From a virus (lineage: Duplodnaviria > Caudoviricetes), in IMG/VR virus record IMGVR_UViG_3300036971_000130: DNA of 64,000 nt; one strand, written 5' to 3'. Shown here piece by piece: positions 26,205-36,481 of the stretch. The stretch's first letter is position 1; each line of letters starts with the position of its first letter. Both the position numbers and the translations under genes were made by a program. A model generated the notes under the pieces. The model was not told where the DNA came from. It ran no database searches and worked only from the letters and a program-made list of their open reading frames with translations.

Positions 26205-28982
26205 GTGGCTACTGAACGTGCATCGTTGCCGATCCCGTCGAACTTCGACCCTGAAGTCCACATGGCTGCACTTCAGGAGCACGTCCTGAAGACGGCTGGT
26301 GAAGGCTGGAAGATCACGACCGTCGACATCGAGAACCACAAGGTGATGATCGAGCGTCCGTCCTCGGTCACGATGACCGACAAGGGCACCGGGCAGCAGC
26401 GCAAGGCCACGCTTCAGGAAGGCGTTAAGAAGACCGACGCCGAGAAGTGGAACGCCATCTTCGCAGCCGACAACCCCGGCTACTACATGGTCTCCTTCGA
26501 CCCTCATAACCGCCAGGCGATCTTGGAGCAGATGTCCCCGGAAGCTCACCGGTGCCGTCAGTCCATCGCCAACGCCCTCGGGGTGAAGGAGTGGGAGGTC
26601 TACATCCGGCAGCGCAAGGACGGCTTCGAGTTCAAGCTCCCGCCGAACTACGTACCGTCGAAGCACCTCGACAAGATCACCGAGGTCGCCCACGACGTGA
26701 TCGGCAACATCGGTTGGCGTGTCGTGGTCAACGCCGAGAAGTTGCAGGGTCGGTTCATCATCGGTGATCCGCCGATCTTCCCGAACATGATCCCGTACCC
26801 CTTCCCGAAGGAGGCTTGGCCCTTCGATCCGAAGGGCAACTGGGCGAGCCACGGCGTCGGCCACGTCCTCGGTGGCGAGGAATTCTCCATCGACTTCAGC
26901 GCCACCCCTCACGTCGCCGTCGCCGGTACCTCCGGTGGTGGTAAGTGGCAGCCATCGCACACTCCGATCCCGGTGCCGGTCTCGGAGAAGTTCCGGAGCG
27001 GATGGGCGACGATGGGTGAGATCGAGCCAGGTGACTACGTCTTCGACCAGTTCGGCGTTCCGACGCTGGTGATCGCCAAGACCCCCGAGACCGAGCACGA
27101 GATCATCGAGGTGTCTCTCGACGATGGTCAGGTCATCGAGGTCTCCGAAGGCCACCTGTGGCGTGTCAGCACCCAGAAGGACCGGATCAACGAACTCGAC
27201 AGGGTGATGGCTCTCCGAGGCCACAACCCGACCGCCGAAGCCATCAAGCTCGTCGGCTACGGCCACCAGATGATCGAGGCGTCCCACGAGTTCGCCGGGC
27301 GATGCCTGGACGGAACCCTCGACGATCTCGTCTCGGCGCTGCCGGACGAGATCCAGCCGATCGCCCTCGAAGCTCTCAGCGGCTCCGAGTTGGACAACGA
27401 TGGCGTTGTGTCCGTGTCCGAGTGCCTCTGGACGGTCGGCACCTACCTGACGAGGACGATCCCGAACGGTGACGAGAAGACCCGTGTCGTCTCGACCAAG
27501 AACCTCTCCCCGTCGATGGGCCACGCCATCCGCCTTCCTCGTGAGGCGCTCGGCAAGCGTGCGGTGCAAGTCCCGAGCGTCTTCGAGATCAAGTCCTGGC
27601 TCTCCGCCGGGAACCTGTCCGAGAACCCCGTTCACGGCATCTACGACCGTTCCGAGATTCTCGACTCGATCGTGGCGTCCTACCGCAAGGCCACGTCCGA
27701 CGGTTCGATGATTCTGGTGTTCGAGACCGCTGAGATCGCCAGGGACGTTGTCCGCTTCGTCCGTTCTCTCGGTCGGAAGGCTCTCGTTCAGGACTGCACG
27801 GTCGAGATCGTCCAGCCACAGACCGTCGAGAGCAACACGACGATGCGAGGCCCGGTTCTCAGCCGCACCTCCGTCGGAGCTTCCTCGGCAACTCACCTCC
27901 ACATCACCGACGTTCACGCCACCGGACGCACTGCCTCCGGTCACTGCATCATGGTCGCCAACCCGTCCGGCGTCTACCTGACCAACGACTACGTGCCGAC
28001 CCACAACTCCATCCTGGTGCAGTCGCTCATCGTCTCGGCCCTCACGAAGCAGTGGGGCCTCGTCATCGTCGACCCGGTCAAGGGTGGTGTCGACTTCGCC
28101 CCGTTCCAGCAGTACGTCCGTGACAGCGGATGGGGCTGTGAGTCCCTCGAAGAAGCGGTCACCGCTCTCGACATCGTCTACCAGGAGGGCGTCAAGCGGA
28201 AGAAGATGGTCAAGGACGCCGGGGTCCAGAAGTGGTCTGAGCTTCCGCTCTCCCTCGGCATCCGTCCGATCCTGGTCGTGACCGATGAGGTCTCGTCCAT
28301 GCTCATCCCGGAGACGGTTCCGAAGCTTCCGAAGGACGACCCCATGGTGATCGAGGTCACCAACCGCAACGCCTGCAAGTCCAAGATCGGCATTCTCATG
28401 GGCAAGATCGCCCGTGAGCTTCGATTCGTCGGAGTCCACCTCGTCGTGTCCTCCCAGGTCTCCCAGTCCGCAACCGGTGTCTCCACCGAGCTTCGATCGA
28501 ACCTCGGTACCAAGCTCCTGCTCGGCGTGAACCCGACCGACGGCACCCGTGCCCTGTCGCTCAACAACAAGGACGCTGTCCCGAAGGTCCCGCAGCACAT
28601 CGCTGAGGACAAGGTGATGAACCGTGGTGTCGGTGTTTTCGAGCGTGAAGGCACGCCGCCGGTCGGCGTGATGAAGGGCTACTTCGCCAGCATGGACGAC
28701 TTCACGAACTTCCTCGTGTCCATCGGCACGAAGAAGACGGCTGTGCCACGCCCCAGTGCCCGTGAGATCCAGAGGTCGTCTCCTGGTGGCATCTCGTCGA
28801 TGGACGAGGACTACAGTGGAGGCGGGGACGATGAGCCGCCGACCAGAACGTCCGGCTCCAAGCCGATCATGGCTTCGGTGTCCGCCCCGAAGCCCGAGGC
28901 CCTTGCACGTCCAGCCGAAGTCTGCTCGACTTGCGACGGCCCCATCAACCCGCTAACCGGTGAGTGCAACTGCTCAATCTAA
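26205..28982 (+). CDS. FtsK/SpoIIIE-family ATPase (possible coupling protein or DNA translocase), intein-containing
   Basis: PHVAVAGTSGGGK|S Walker A, DPVKG, VVTDE Walker B, RELRFVGVH; C-terminal CxxC..CxC. Confidence 0.88.
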   Translation: MATERASLPIPSNFDPEVHMAALQEHVLKTAGEGWKITTVDIENHKVMIERPSSVTMTDKGTGQQRKATLQEGVKKTDAEKWNAIFAADNPGYYMVSFDPHNRQAILEQMSPEAHRCRQSIANALGVKEWEVYIRQRKDGFEFKLPPNYVPSKHLDKITEVAHDVIGNIGWRVVVNAEKLQGRFIIGDPPIFPNMIPYPFPKEAWPFDPKGNWASHGVGHVLGGEEFSIDFSATPHVAVAGTSGGGKWQPSHTPIPVPVSEKFRSGWATMGEIEPGDYVFDQFGVPTLVIAKTPETEHEIIEVSLDDGQVIEVSEGHLWRVSTQKDRINELDRVMALRGHNPTAEAIKLVGYGHQMIEASHEFAGRCLDGTLDDLVSALPDEIQPIALEALSGSELDNDGVVSVSECLWTVGTYLTRTIPNGDEKTRVVSTKNLSPSMGHAIRLPREALGKRAVQVPSVFEIKSWLSAGNLSENPVHGIYDRSEILDSIVASYRKATSDGSMILVFETAEIARDVVRFVRSLGRKALVQDCTVEIVQPQTVESNTTMRGPVLSRTSVGASSATHLHITDVHATGRTASGHCIMVANPSGVYLTNDYVPTHNSILVQSLIVSALTKQWGLVIVDPVKGGVDFAPFQQYVRDSGWGCESLEEAVTALDIVYQEGVKRKKMVKDAGVQKWSELPLSLGIRPILVVTDEVSSMLIPETVPKLPKDDPMVIEVTNRNACKSKIGILMGKIARELRFVGVHLVVSSQVSQSATGVSTELRSNLGTKLLLGVNPTDGTRALSLNNKDAVPKVPQHIAEDKVMNRGVGVFEREGTPPVGVMKGYFASMDDFTNFLVSIGTKKTAVPRPSAREIQRSSPGGISSMDEDYSGGGDDEPPTRTSGSKPIMASVSAPKPEALARPAEVCSTCDGPINPLTGECNCSI
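26946..28007 (+). mobile_element. intein, 354 aa, class-3-like (WCT), Trp at position 1, degenerate LAGLIDADG
   Basis: inserted GK|S; block B EGHLW, block F HCIMV, block G PTHN|S. Confidence 0.85.
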
Positions 28983-29042
28983 CCATGGACCGAGCGTCTG
29001 TGTGTAGAGATACCGGATAGCCACAACTCCACAGGAGAACCC

Positions 29043-29618
29043 ATGTTCATCGCAGCCGAAGACATCAACGCCATCGAGGATCACCCGAAGGGTGGGCTCT
29101 GGCCGTTCATCGTCGCCTTCTCCGACCACATCTACGCCGGTGATGACCGGACCGAACTCATGGGGCTCGTCTACGACGCCCTGGTGGTCGACTCGGTCGC
29201 CTACGGTGACAAGACCGTCGACGAGGCGTTCGAGGCACGCTATGACGTGTCCCTGTTCGCTGCCCAGGCGGTCCAGACGGCCGCTCTGGTCGCCGCAGCC
29301 GAGGCCGACGTGTTCGACCCCGTCGAGTGGGCTGGTGATCCGGTCAAGGACCAGCAGATGCAGGCGTTGTTCGCTCCGAGGACCGACGTGTTCGAGGGCA
29401 CCTGGGACTCGGACGTTCCGCTGACCATCGTCTCGGCCCACTACGCCCCCTTCACGCAGGTTCCGCTTCCCGAGGGCGAGAACGTCATCTGCATCGACCC
29501 TCGCAACGACGAGACGATGCTGAACACCCTCGCCGCAGTCGGCCTCATCGAGTTCTTCGAGCACGAAGACCTCGATGCCGTCTATGACCAGAGCGACCTC
29601 GACGAACCCGGCGAGTAG
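29043..29618 (+). CDS. acidic hypothetical protein
   Basis: SD AGGAG, strong codon bias. Confidence 0.8.
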   Translation: MFIAAEDINAIEDHPKGGLWPFIVAFSDHIYAGDDRTELMGLVYDALVVDSVAYGDKTVDEAFEARYDVSLFAAQAVQTAALVAAAEADVFDPVEWAGDPVKDQQMQALFAPRTDVFEGTWDSDVPLTIVSAHYAPFTQVPLPEGENVICIDPRNDETMLNTLAAVGLIEFFEHEDLDAVYDQSDLDEPGE

Positions 29619-29635
29619 CCTCCAATAGTTCTCAC
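29619..29635 (+). promoter_or_regulatory. GCC-AATAGT-T promoter, copy 2 (leaderless)
   Basis: cctccAATAGTtctcacATG. Confidence 0.7.
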
Positions 29636-31051
29636 ATGGGAACTGATCCGAACCTCGAAGGCCGACGCCGTGGAAACGGCGAGTTCGGCAACGCTGAACA
29701 CGCCGACGGCAACCGACCGAACCTTCTCGGACCTGGTGAAGTCGCCTGTTCCGACTGTGGCACGCCGACGAAGCGGACCTCTGGTCTCTGCCGGAAGTGC
29801 GACCCCGCTCGGAAGAAGGGTGGGGCAGCAGCGGCGACCCCCACGAGGGCTCAGAAGCAGCCGAAGAAGTCGGCCATCGTCGATGACTCCAAGCCGTCCC
29901 TGACCCCCGATCAGGTCAAGCAGTGCGAGTACGGGAACGTCCCTGTCGTACGTCGTGGAGCGATCGTCGAGGGCCAGGTCCACCGGTGCAAGCTGGCGAC
30001 CACCGGAGAGTTCTGCCACCGCCACGGAGGCACATCTGGTGAGTCACTCGGTCGCACCTACGCCAAGGCGATGGCCGAGGCCGAACGAGGCCAGTGCTTC
30101 CCGCTGAAGGACGAGCACTGGGAGCAGACCGAGGAACGGATCGAGCTTGCCGCCGCCGACCTCGTCAACATGCTCGACACCGACTTCAGCGAAAGCATGA
30201 AGGCGATCCTGGCGTTCGCCCATGCCAAGCGCACGAGTGGGAGCGGGCGCTTCTCATACAACAACCAGATGTACATGGTGGTGCAGTACGTCCACCGTGA
30301 GCGCAGGAAGGGCACCGACGAGAGCGAAGCCTGGGATCGGGCGATCGAAGCCTTCTCCGAGCCGCACCACACGAAGAAGGACTGGGAGAAGCTCGGCCGC
30401 ACCGTGAACGATGACGCCCTCGGTGTCGGTGTCGTGTGGACCACGTCGGCACGGATCAAGGAAGAAGAAGACCCGAACGACCCGACGGCTGACCCTGTGC
30501 AGACCTTCATCGGGTCCAAGGTCGGGTACCTCAACCAGTTCCCGCTCTCGGAGACCGAAGGTGAGCCGTTCGACCTTCCCGAGTACCCCGAGTTCGCCAA
30601 CACCCCTGAAGGTCACGGCGACCCGGAAGCTGCCATCGACTCGTTCGTCGACCTCGCCCACGACCTCGGCGTCGAAGTCGAGTTCTCCGACAAGCCCGTC
30701 TACGTCGGGGCGAAGAAGGTCGACGGCTACATGGATGCCGGGGCTAAGAAGATCGTGGTCGACTCCACGGTCGCCGGTGGCCGTGCATACTCCGCTCTGA
30801 CGCTGGCTCACGAACTCTCGCACTTCTGGCTCGAACACGGCACGGACGGCCAGAAGGAAACCACGGTGAAGGACCAGGAGCTTGCCGCTGAGTCGGCCGC
30901 TCACCTCATGTGTCTCCACCACGGGATCGACACATCGGACATGTCCTCCCGCTACCTCTCAGGCCACAGCCGAGGCTACCGGGAGACCGGACTTGGGCCG
31001 TTCCGTTCCGCCCTGAAGCTGTTCGACGACTACCTGACCGCCATCGACTGA
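29636..31051 (+). CDS. ArdC-like antirestriction protein (ssDNA-binding + HExxH peptidase-like) with Zn ribbons
   Basis: FSYNNQ, WEKLGRTV, LAHELSH, ELAAESAA, SSRYL. Confidence 0.8.
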   Translation: MGTDPNLEGRRRGNGEFGNAEHADGNRPNLLGPGEVACSDCGTPTKRTSGLCRKCDPARKKGGAAAATPTRAQKQPKKSAIVDDSKPSLTPDQVKQCEYGNVPVVRRGAIVEGQVHRCKLATTGEFCHRHGGTSGESLGRTYAKAMAEAERGQCFPLKDEHWEQTEERIELAAADLVNMLDTDFSESMKAILAFAHAKRTSGSGRFSYNNQMYMVVQYVHRERRKGTDESEAWDRAIEAFSEPHHTKKDWEKLGRTVNDDALGVGVVWTTSARIKEEEDPNDPTADPVQTFIGSKVGYLNQFPLSETEGEPFDLPEYPEFANTPEGHGDPEAAIDSFVDLAHDLGVEVEFSDKPVYVGAKKVDGYMDAGAKKIVVDSTVAGGRAYSALTLAHELSHFWLEHGTDGQKETTVKDQELAAESAAHLMCLHHGIDTSDMSSRYLSGHSRGYRETGLGPFRSALKLFDDYLTAID

Positions 31052-31069
31052 AAGGCTCTGGTGTGACCC

Positions 31070-31210
31070 ATGAGCGACCTGAACCCAACCACGACCGACC
31101 ACGACGAGTGGACTCCCGAGAACCCCGACTTCAGCGAGCCGTCCGAAGCCCTGAACGAGTTCATCGAAGCCGTATCCCTTGGAGCAGCCGACGGCGAACC
31201 GGACGACTGA
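31070..31210 (+). CDS. 46-aa very acidic peptide
   Basis: MSDLNPTTTDHDEWTPENPDFSEPSEALNEFIEAVSLGAADGEPDD (below ORF-track cutoff). Confidence 0.55.
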   Translation: MSDLNPTTTDHDEWTPENPDFSEPSEALNEFIEAVSLGAADGEPDD

Positions 31211-31234
31211 GAAGCTGACACAGCTTCTCGATCG

Positions 31235-31251
31235 CCGCCAATAGTTCAGGT
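31235..31251 (+). promoter_or_regulatory. GCC-AATAGT-T promoter, copy 3 (leaderless)
   Basis: ccgccAATAGTtcaggtATG. Confidence 0.7.
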
Positions 31252-33213
31252 ATGGCAAAGCACACCACTCGACGCAGGGACAACGGCAAGGTCGGAAACG
31301 GCGGCATGTTCGATAAGAACATGTACGGGTTCGGCAAGCTCGACGTTCTCACCACCGACGAGCTTGCTGCACGTCGCAAGCAGTTGGAGGACCGGGGCTA
31401 CGTTCCCGCTGTGTCGTCCTCGACCAGCCTCGACCCGACCAGCACCAAGCACCTCCGTGCCTGGTGGGACGAGAAGTTCGTGACCGCCGAAGTCGGAGGG
31501 GCGAAGGGCTCCTACGCCGTCATGCCCGACGACTACACGCCCGGCATGACCTCCGGCGAGGCCCTCTCCGGCCACCGTCGCACCCACCGCATGCTGTACG
31601 AGGGTGCTGGCGTCAAGCTTCGGATGCCGTCGGCCACGTCCATCAGGAAGTTCTCGAAGGAGAACGGTGATGGCCGCACCTTCGACGTTCCCGTCTCCGC
31701 CGAGTACGACGGCGGCACCGTGCAGGGCATGGTCCGTGTCACCCGTGTCGGCAAGGAGTACCACGTCGACGGTCTCGGCTTCTCCGACGCCGCCAACGAG
31801 CAGGTCGCTGAGGCTGTCTCGGCCGTCCTCGGTTCCCGCCGGGTGACCACCGCCCTGGCTCACGCTGGCAACCTGGCCGAGCGTCGTCGTGCTCGCATCG
31901 CCGACGAGGGCACCGCTCTCGTCGACCCCAAGTCCTCCTGGATCGAGGGCATGGGCTACGAGGACGACCAGGGCATGATGGTGATGACCACGAAGCCACA
32001 GTCCCGGAAGGACGGAACTCAGAGTGAGGTTCGTCAGTACGGCTTCAGGGTCTCTCGTGCCACCTTCGAGGCCGTCATCGGCAATGAACGTCCCGGAGCC
32101 GCATTCAACGAACTGGTCAAGGGACAGGCCGCCCGCATCGGCGTCTCCAAGTGCGACAAGTGCGCTCGCTTCATGCCCGCCGACGGCTCGAACCACGTCT
32201 GCCCGACCGTCGAGTCCGACCGCCTCACCACGCCGACCGCAGCCAACCGTCTCTACGAGCAGGCTGCCCGTGCACGCCTCGCATCCTACGAGGATGCGAG
32301 CACTCCCGAGGTCAAGAACCCGACCGCTGACGAGGCCGCTGCGGCTCTTGCATCGGTCCCGGAGGCCGACTCCTTCCACGTTCACGAGGACGGGACGAAG
32401 GAGTGGAGGGACGCTGACGGCCAGCCGATCAAGGTCGATGGAACCCCTTCCTTCGATGAGGCCGACCGTGCTGTCGCTGAGGCGGCTGCCGCTTCCAGGA
32501 TGGCCGAGATCGAGGCTGCTGACCGCATCGCCGCAGCGAAGAAGGCCGGTGACGAGGCGAAGGCCACCGTCGCCGCTCGTGAGCGCAAGGAGCGCCAGGA
32601 GAAGCGGACTGCCGAGCGTGCTGCGAAGGAAGCCGCTGAGGCTGCCCGTCACCCCGCTCGTGTGGCTGCCCACACCTTGATCGGCCCTCAGGCTGGCGAC
32701 TCCGACCCGAAGCTCATGGTCTCCCTCGCCGGAGGCACCCCGCTGGCAGGAGCCACGGTCCACGGTCGTCGAGGGTTCATCACCGACTCGATCGGAGTTC
32801 TCGGACCGCACTCTGGCGCTCAGTACGGCCAGGTGCAGCAGCCGAGCAGCGGAATCCTCACGGTCGACGGCATCCCCAACGACGAGGCAAGCCGCCTGCT
32901 CGACACGCTTCCCGCAGGGAACCTGGACGCCTCGCTGAACGCCGCTCCGACGGCCCGTCAGTTCCTCACCGCCGCCCGCAACAGCGGTGGCAAGATCGAG
33001 GTCGGTGGCGTTGTCGTCATGCCGAACATGCGTCACGAGGGGTTCTACCCCGACACCGCCACCGTCTACGCTGAGACCGAGGCGGAGGCCCGTGAGATCA
33101 TCGGGTTCTCCCTCCCCGATGCTCGTCCGAGCGACGTGGTCACCGGGTTCACCGAGACCCCGTGGCGTCCGGGCGAGACCGCCTACCAGTTCGTCTGGAC
33201 TGCGAAGGACTGA
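31252..33213 (+). CDS. multidomain protein with KTSC-like domain and Zn ribbon
   Basis: SSWIEGMGY..YGF.V....FE......PGAAFNELVKG; CDKC..HVC. Confidence 0.75.
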   Translation: MAKHTTRRRDNGKVGNGGMFDKNMYGFGKLDVLTTDELAARRKQLEDRGYVPAVSSSTSLDPTSTKHLRAWWDEKFVTAEVGGAKGSYAVMPDDYTPGMTSGEALSGHRRTHRMLYEGAGVKLRMPSATSIRKFSKENGDGRTFDVPVSAEYDGGTVQGMVRVTRVGKEYHVDGLGFSDAANEQVAEAVSAVLGSRRVTTALAHAGNLAERRRARIADEGTALVDPKSSWIEGMGYEDDQGMMVMTTKPQSRKDGTQSEVRQYGFRVSRATFEAVIGNERPGAAFNELVKGQAARIGVSKCDKCARFMPADGSNHVCPTVESDRLTTPTAANRLYEQAARARLASYEDASTPEVKNPTADEAAAALASVPEADSFHVHEDGTKEWRDADGQPIKVDGTPSFDEADRAVAEAAAASRMAEIEAADRIAAAKKAGDEAKATVAARERKERQEKRTAERAAKEAAEAARHPARVAAHTLIGPQAGDSDPKLMVSLAGGTPLAGATVHGRRGFITDSIGVLGPHSGAQYGQVQQPSSGILTVDGIPNDEASRLLDTLPAGNLDASLNAAPTARQFLTAARNSGGKIEVGGVVVMPNMRHEGFYPDTATVYAETEAEAREIIGFSLPDARPSDVVTGFTETPWRPGETAYQFVWTAKD

Positions 33214-33219
33214 GTCGAC

Positions 33220-33254
33220 AGAGGGGCCGGATCATTGATCCGGCCCCTCTTGTT
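33220..33254. terminator. bidirectional terminator
   Basis: agaggggccggatca-t-tgatccggcccctct. Confidence 0.75.
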
Positions 33255-33535
33255 CACCAGTAGACCACGTCGACGAGAGCGTCCGGGTGACAGTAGATGC
33301 TGTCCTCGGACTCGAATGGGTAGTCGCACCCGTAGACGAAGGTGTAGCCGGGGTCTTCGAGGTCGATCTCGATGGAGCAGGGGACCACGCCGTCGACGAC
33401 GATCTTCCGACCGGCGATCAGGTCAGCGACGACATGACGAGCGGGAACCGAAACCATCTTCTCGATCCGGTACTTCTGGGGGGTTTCGCTGGGTCTGGCC
33501 GAAGGGGACCTTGCTCCTGAATCCATCCTCGTCAC
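33254..33535 (-). CDS. hypothetical protein
   Basis: ORF ending at the terminator; overlaps upstream ORF. Confidence 0.5.
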   Translation of the reverse strand: MTRMDSGARSPSARPSETPQKYRIEKMVSVPARHVVADLIAGRKIVVDGVVPCSIEIDLEDPGYTFVYGCDYPFESEDSIYCHPDALVDVVYW

Positions 33536-34085
33536 CGACCCGCCCCTGCTTCACCAGATAGTCCAGAGCGGTCTTGGTCAGACCGTCCACCGACCGCTGG
33601 TCATGGACCTTGGTCCGGGCGACGAGACCGTCGACCGTGAAGAAGACGCCGTCGATCTCGTTCACGACGACGGAGTTCCCAGCGGAGGTCGTGACGATGT
33701 CACCGGTCTCGAAGTTCTCCGAGTCGAACCAGAAGTCGAAGGAGATCGACTCTCTGTTCGGAGCGTCGAGGAACCCGAGAGCGGAGATGTCAACGCCCTC
33801 TGACGTGACGTTGTCGTCGAGACGGAAGCCCATCGGCGTCATGGACGATCCGACGATCTGACCGTCGATGACGAGGTCACCGGAAGCGGTGAGGCGAACG
33901 TCGCCGTTGACCGGGACGGTACCGGGGTCGTCCATGATGGCAAGACCCCCGTTGTGGTCGAGGGCGACGATCGCCGTGTTCCACTTGGCACCATTCACCT
34001 TGTCGTGCCCTCTGACGAGGGCAGCGAAAGACCCGGTGGAGGGGACGTAGACGACGGGGAGGTTCAGGAGGTCGATCTTGCTCAT
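33423..34085 (-). CDS. hypothetical protein
   Basis: CATGAT-N6-ATG(34085). Confidence 0.7.
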   Translation of the reverse strand: MSKIDLLNLPVVYVPSTGSFAALVRGHDKVNGAKWNTAIVALDHNGGLAIMDDPGTVPVNGDVRLTASGDLVIDGQIVGSSMTPMGFRLDDNVTSEGVDISALGFLDAPNRESISFDFWFDSENFETGDIVTTSAGNSVVVNEIDGVFFTVDGLVARTKVHDQRSVDGLTKTALDYLVKQGRVGDEDGFRSKVPFGQTQRNPPEVPDREDGFGSRSSCRR

Positions 34086-34092
34086 GCCCTCA

Positions 34093-35364
34093 TCATGGGT
34101 GGTCGCTCACATCCACATCGACCCGCCGAATCCACGAGGGGGTCTCCGGGCCGACGCCGCCGACGGACGAGATCAGAGCGACAAGCGGCACCTTGGTAGG
34201 TGCGCCAGGCCACGGGGTCCATCCGTCGGTGAGGACGATGATGGCGGTCAGATCCTTGATCTTCTCCGCTTCTTCGATGCCGACCCTCATGTCGGTTCCT
34301 CCGTACCCCGCTCTCGTCCACAGCTTCTCGGTCTCGTCGGCGGTGTGGACCAACATCTGGGACTCGGAGTCGACGTGGAAGATCGAGATGTCCTCTGGAC
34401 GAGCCCCGGTCTGGGCGACGATCCCGAGCACTTCGGAACGGTACGTGATGGCTTCGTCCTCGTTCACCGAACCCGACTCGTCGATGACGACGGCGTACTT
34501 CGTCTTGGGCTTCTTCGAGCCTGGCATGATGATGCTCGGGAACGACGGGTTCCGACGCCGGGACCGCTTCGTTGCCGTCCTCACACCACGCCCTCTGCGG
34601 CCTACTACGACGCTCAGGAGGCTTCCGAGTAGGACTTTGCGCCAGTCAGCCTGAGAGGCCCTCTGGTGGCGTTCCAGAGCTTCTGAGAGGCCACCGGGGA
34701 CCGTTCCTCGTCCCTTGATGTGGGACTTGATGGCCTCCATCGTCTTGTCGATGACCCCCTGGAACTTCGTCTCGGTCCAAGCAGGAGCCGAAGCGTCCGA
34801 GTCGGGCAACTCGAAGGGGAGCGGGACACCGGTGGCACCCGATCCGCAACCCGAGTCGGGGACCGGACCATCGGGGTCGTCGTTGATCTCACGGAGGTGC
34901 CGCAGGTAGGTCTCGTAGGTCTGGTTGTTGTCGCAGCCGATCAGATGCGGGAGGACCGCATCCTCCATCTTCATGCCCATCTGGACCAGGTCGTCGTTGA
35001 TCTCTGCGTCAGCAGCCAGATTCGAGAGGTAGGCGTCCCTGCCTGGCTTCACGTTCATGCGCTTCCCACGACCTCCGTGCTCACGGACGATGTGGGAGCA
35101 CTCGTGAATCAGATCCTCGATGGCTCGCTGGGGGTCGAAGTAGGAGTCGAAGTCGATGTAGCAGCGGCCCTTGTAGTCCACCGCCATCGTTCCCAGGCCA
35201 GGCGTGTTCACGTACGTGAAGCTGAACAGGATCGTGGCGAAGTACGGCGTGAAGACCGGGGCGTCAGGCCCTCCCGAGACGGCTTGGGTGCGCCAGTTCC
35301 TCAGCTTCGTCACCTGCTCGGGGGAGAGCTTCGTGGTGCTCTGAGTCATGCTGGTTCGGGTCAT
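34093..35364 (-). CDS. metallopeptidase + vWA-like protein (DUF2201 type)
   Basis: IHECSH, NLAADAEIND, DESGS MIDAS, GGTD, LTDG. Confidence 0.88.
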   Translation of the reverse strand: MTRTSMTQSTTKLSPEQVTKLRNWRTQAVSGGPDAPVFTPYFATILFSFTYVNTPGLGTMAVDYKGRCYIDFDSYFDPQRAIEDLIHECSHIVREHGGRGKRMNVKPGRDAYLSNLAADAEINDDLVQMGMKMEDAVLPHLIGCDNNQTYETYLRHLREINDDPDGPVPDSGCGSGATGVPLPFELPDSDASAPAWTETKFQGVIDKTMEAIKSHIKGRGTVPGGLSEALERHQRASQADWRKVLLGSLLSVVVGRRGRGVRTATKRSRRRNPSFPSIIMPGSKKPKTKYAVVIDESGSVNEDEAITYRSEVLGIVAQTGARPEDISIFHVDSESQMLVHTADETEKLWTRAGYGGTDMRVGIEEAEKIKDLTAIIVLTDGWTPWPGAPTKVPLVALISSVGGVGPETPSWIRRVDVDVSDHP

Positions 35365-35416
35365 CTTGCTATCATGGGTTGTCGGGTGCCGGACGGTGGC
35401 TACCCATGATAGGACG

Positions 35417-36481
35417 ATGGACGTGGACGGTCACGATACCCCCGAACTCAGGATGGAGTTCTGCCCGATTCAGCGGAGGGACATCTACGACGGGTACAGA
35501 GCAGGCAGGCTGACGGTCAAGGCGCAGACGATCGCTGCCTGGATGACCAACGGCAACCTGTTCATGGCCGATATGGCTGACGGGGCACCGTTCACCATCG
35601 ACCCGATCGAGTTCGAGGAACGATTCCCAGCCGACCTTCGCATCGTGATGTCGAGCTACCAGGCGATGGAAGCCGTCATCAACGCCTGCACGATCGCTGG
35701 GGTCAGTGACGCTCGTCGTCGACTCACCGTGTTCGCTGATCTCGCTGTGAGCAACAGCTTCCTGACCCTCGAAGACATCGTCTCGAACCGGTGGATGATC
35801 CCCGGCATCGAACGGCCGACGATGACGGAGTGGAAGCAGGCGTTCGGCATCGTCTCGTCCGGGGTCAATGGGATCGTGCAGATGTTCGACAAGGCCACCG
35901 ACTCGACTTCGTCGGTGCAGGCGAACAAGGCCGACTGGCGAAGAAACCTCAGCGACTACGAGACAAGGATCTGGCGTTCGTCGAAGTACACCGGCGTCCG
36001 CTCGGCAATGAACGTCTACTCGGGGATGCTGGCGATCCACTCGATCTGGTCCGCACAGTGCCGTCTCGATCCGATCAGGTACCGGGAGTCCCTCGTCACC
36101 GGAGACACCGTCGTCTGGACCCCGACGTTGACCGTCGGACGTGAGCACATCGGCACAGTCACCACCCCATGCAAGATGAGGCCAGGGCGGTCGGTCTGGT
36201 GCTACGTTCCCGACTCGGAGAGGTGGTACTTCGACGGGGTGTCTCAGTCCTTCGACATCGACGATCACGGCAACACGCTCATGTCGGTGAAGTTCAAGAC
36301 CAACGAGCCGCCGAACGGCACCCAGATGTTCGTCTCCGAGAAGCCCTACATCGCCATCGACTTCAGCAAGATGGAGGGGCCGAAGTGGGACGACACCCGA
36401 TCGTCGATCCACCGGACTGGCGGTCGGACCATCCCGACTCACGTCGTCGTTGCAGGAGGCTCCGGTGCTAAGTCTCGCTGA
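35417..36481 (+). CDS. hypothetical protein
   Basis: CATGAT-N6-ATG(35417), divergent from the vWA gene. Confidence 0.75.
   Translation: MDVDGHDTPELRMEFCPIQRRDIYDGYRAGRLTVKAQTIAAWMTNGNLFMADMADGAPFTIDPIEFEERFPADLRIVMSSYQAMEAVINACTIAGVSDARRRLTVFADLAVSNSFLTLEDIVSNRWMIPGIERPTMTEWKQAFGIVSSGVNGIVQMFDKATDSTSSVQANKADWRRNLSDYETRIWRSSKYTGVRSAMNVYSGMLAIHSIWSAQCRLDPIRYRESLVTGDTVVWTPTLTVGREHIGTVTTPCKMRPGRSVWCYVPDSERWYFDGVSQSFDIDDHGNTLMSVKFKTNEPPNGTQMFVSEKPYIAIDFSKMEGPKWDDTRSSIHRTGGRTIPTHVVVAGGSGAKSR

Noticed and set aside
28983-29010. Fourth copy of the CCATGG-N10-GAAGTCACA motif upstream of 29043
   Set aside because: Only CCATGG is present and the GAAGTCACA half is missing; a 6-mer alone is not significant.
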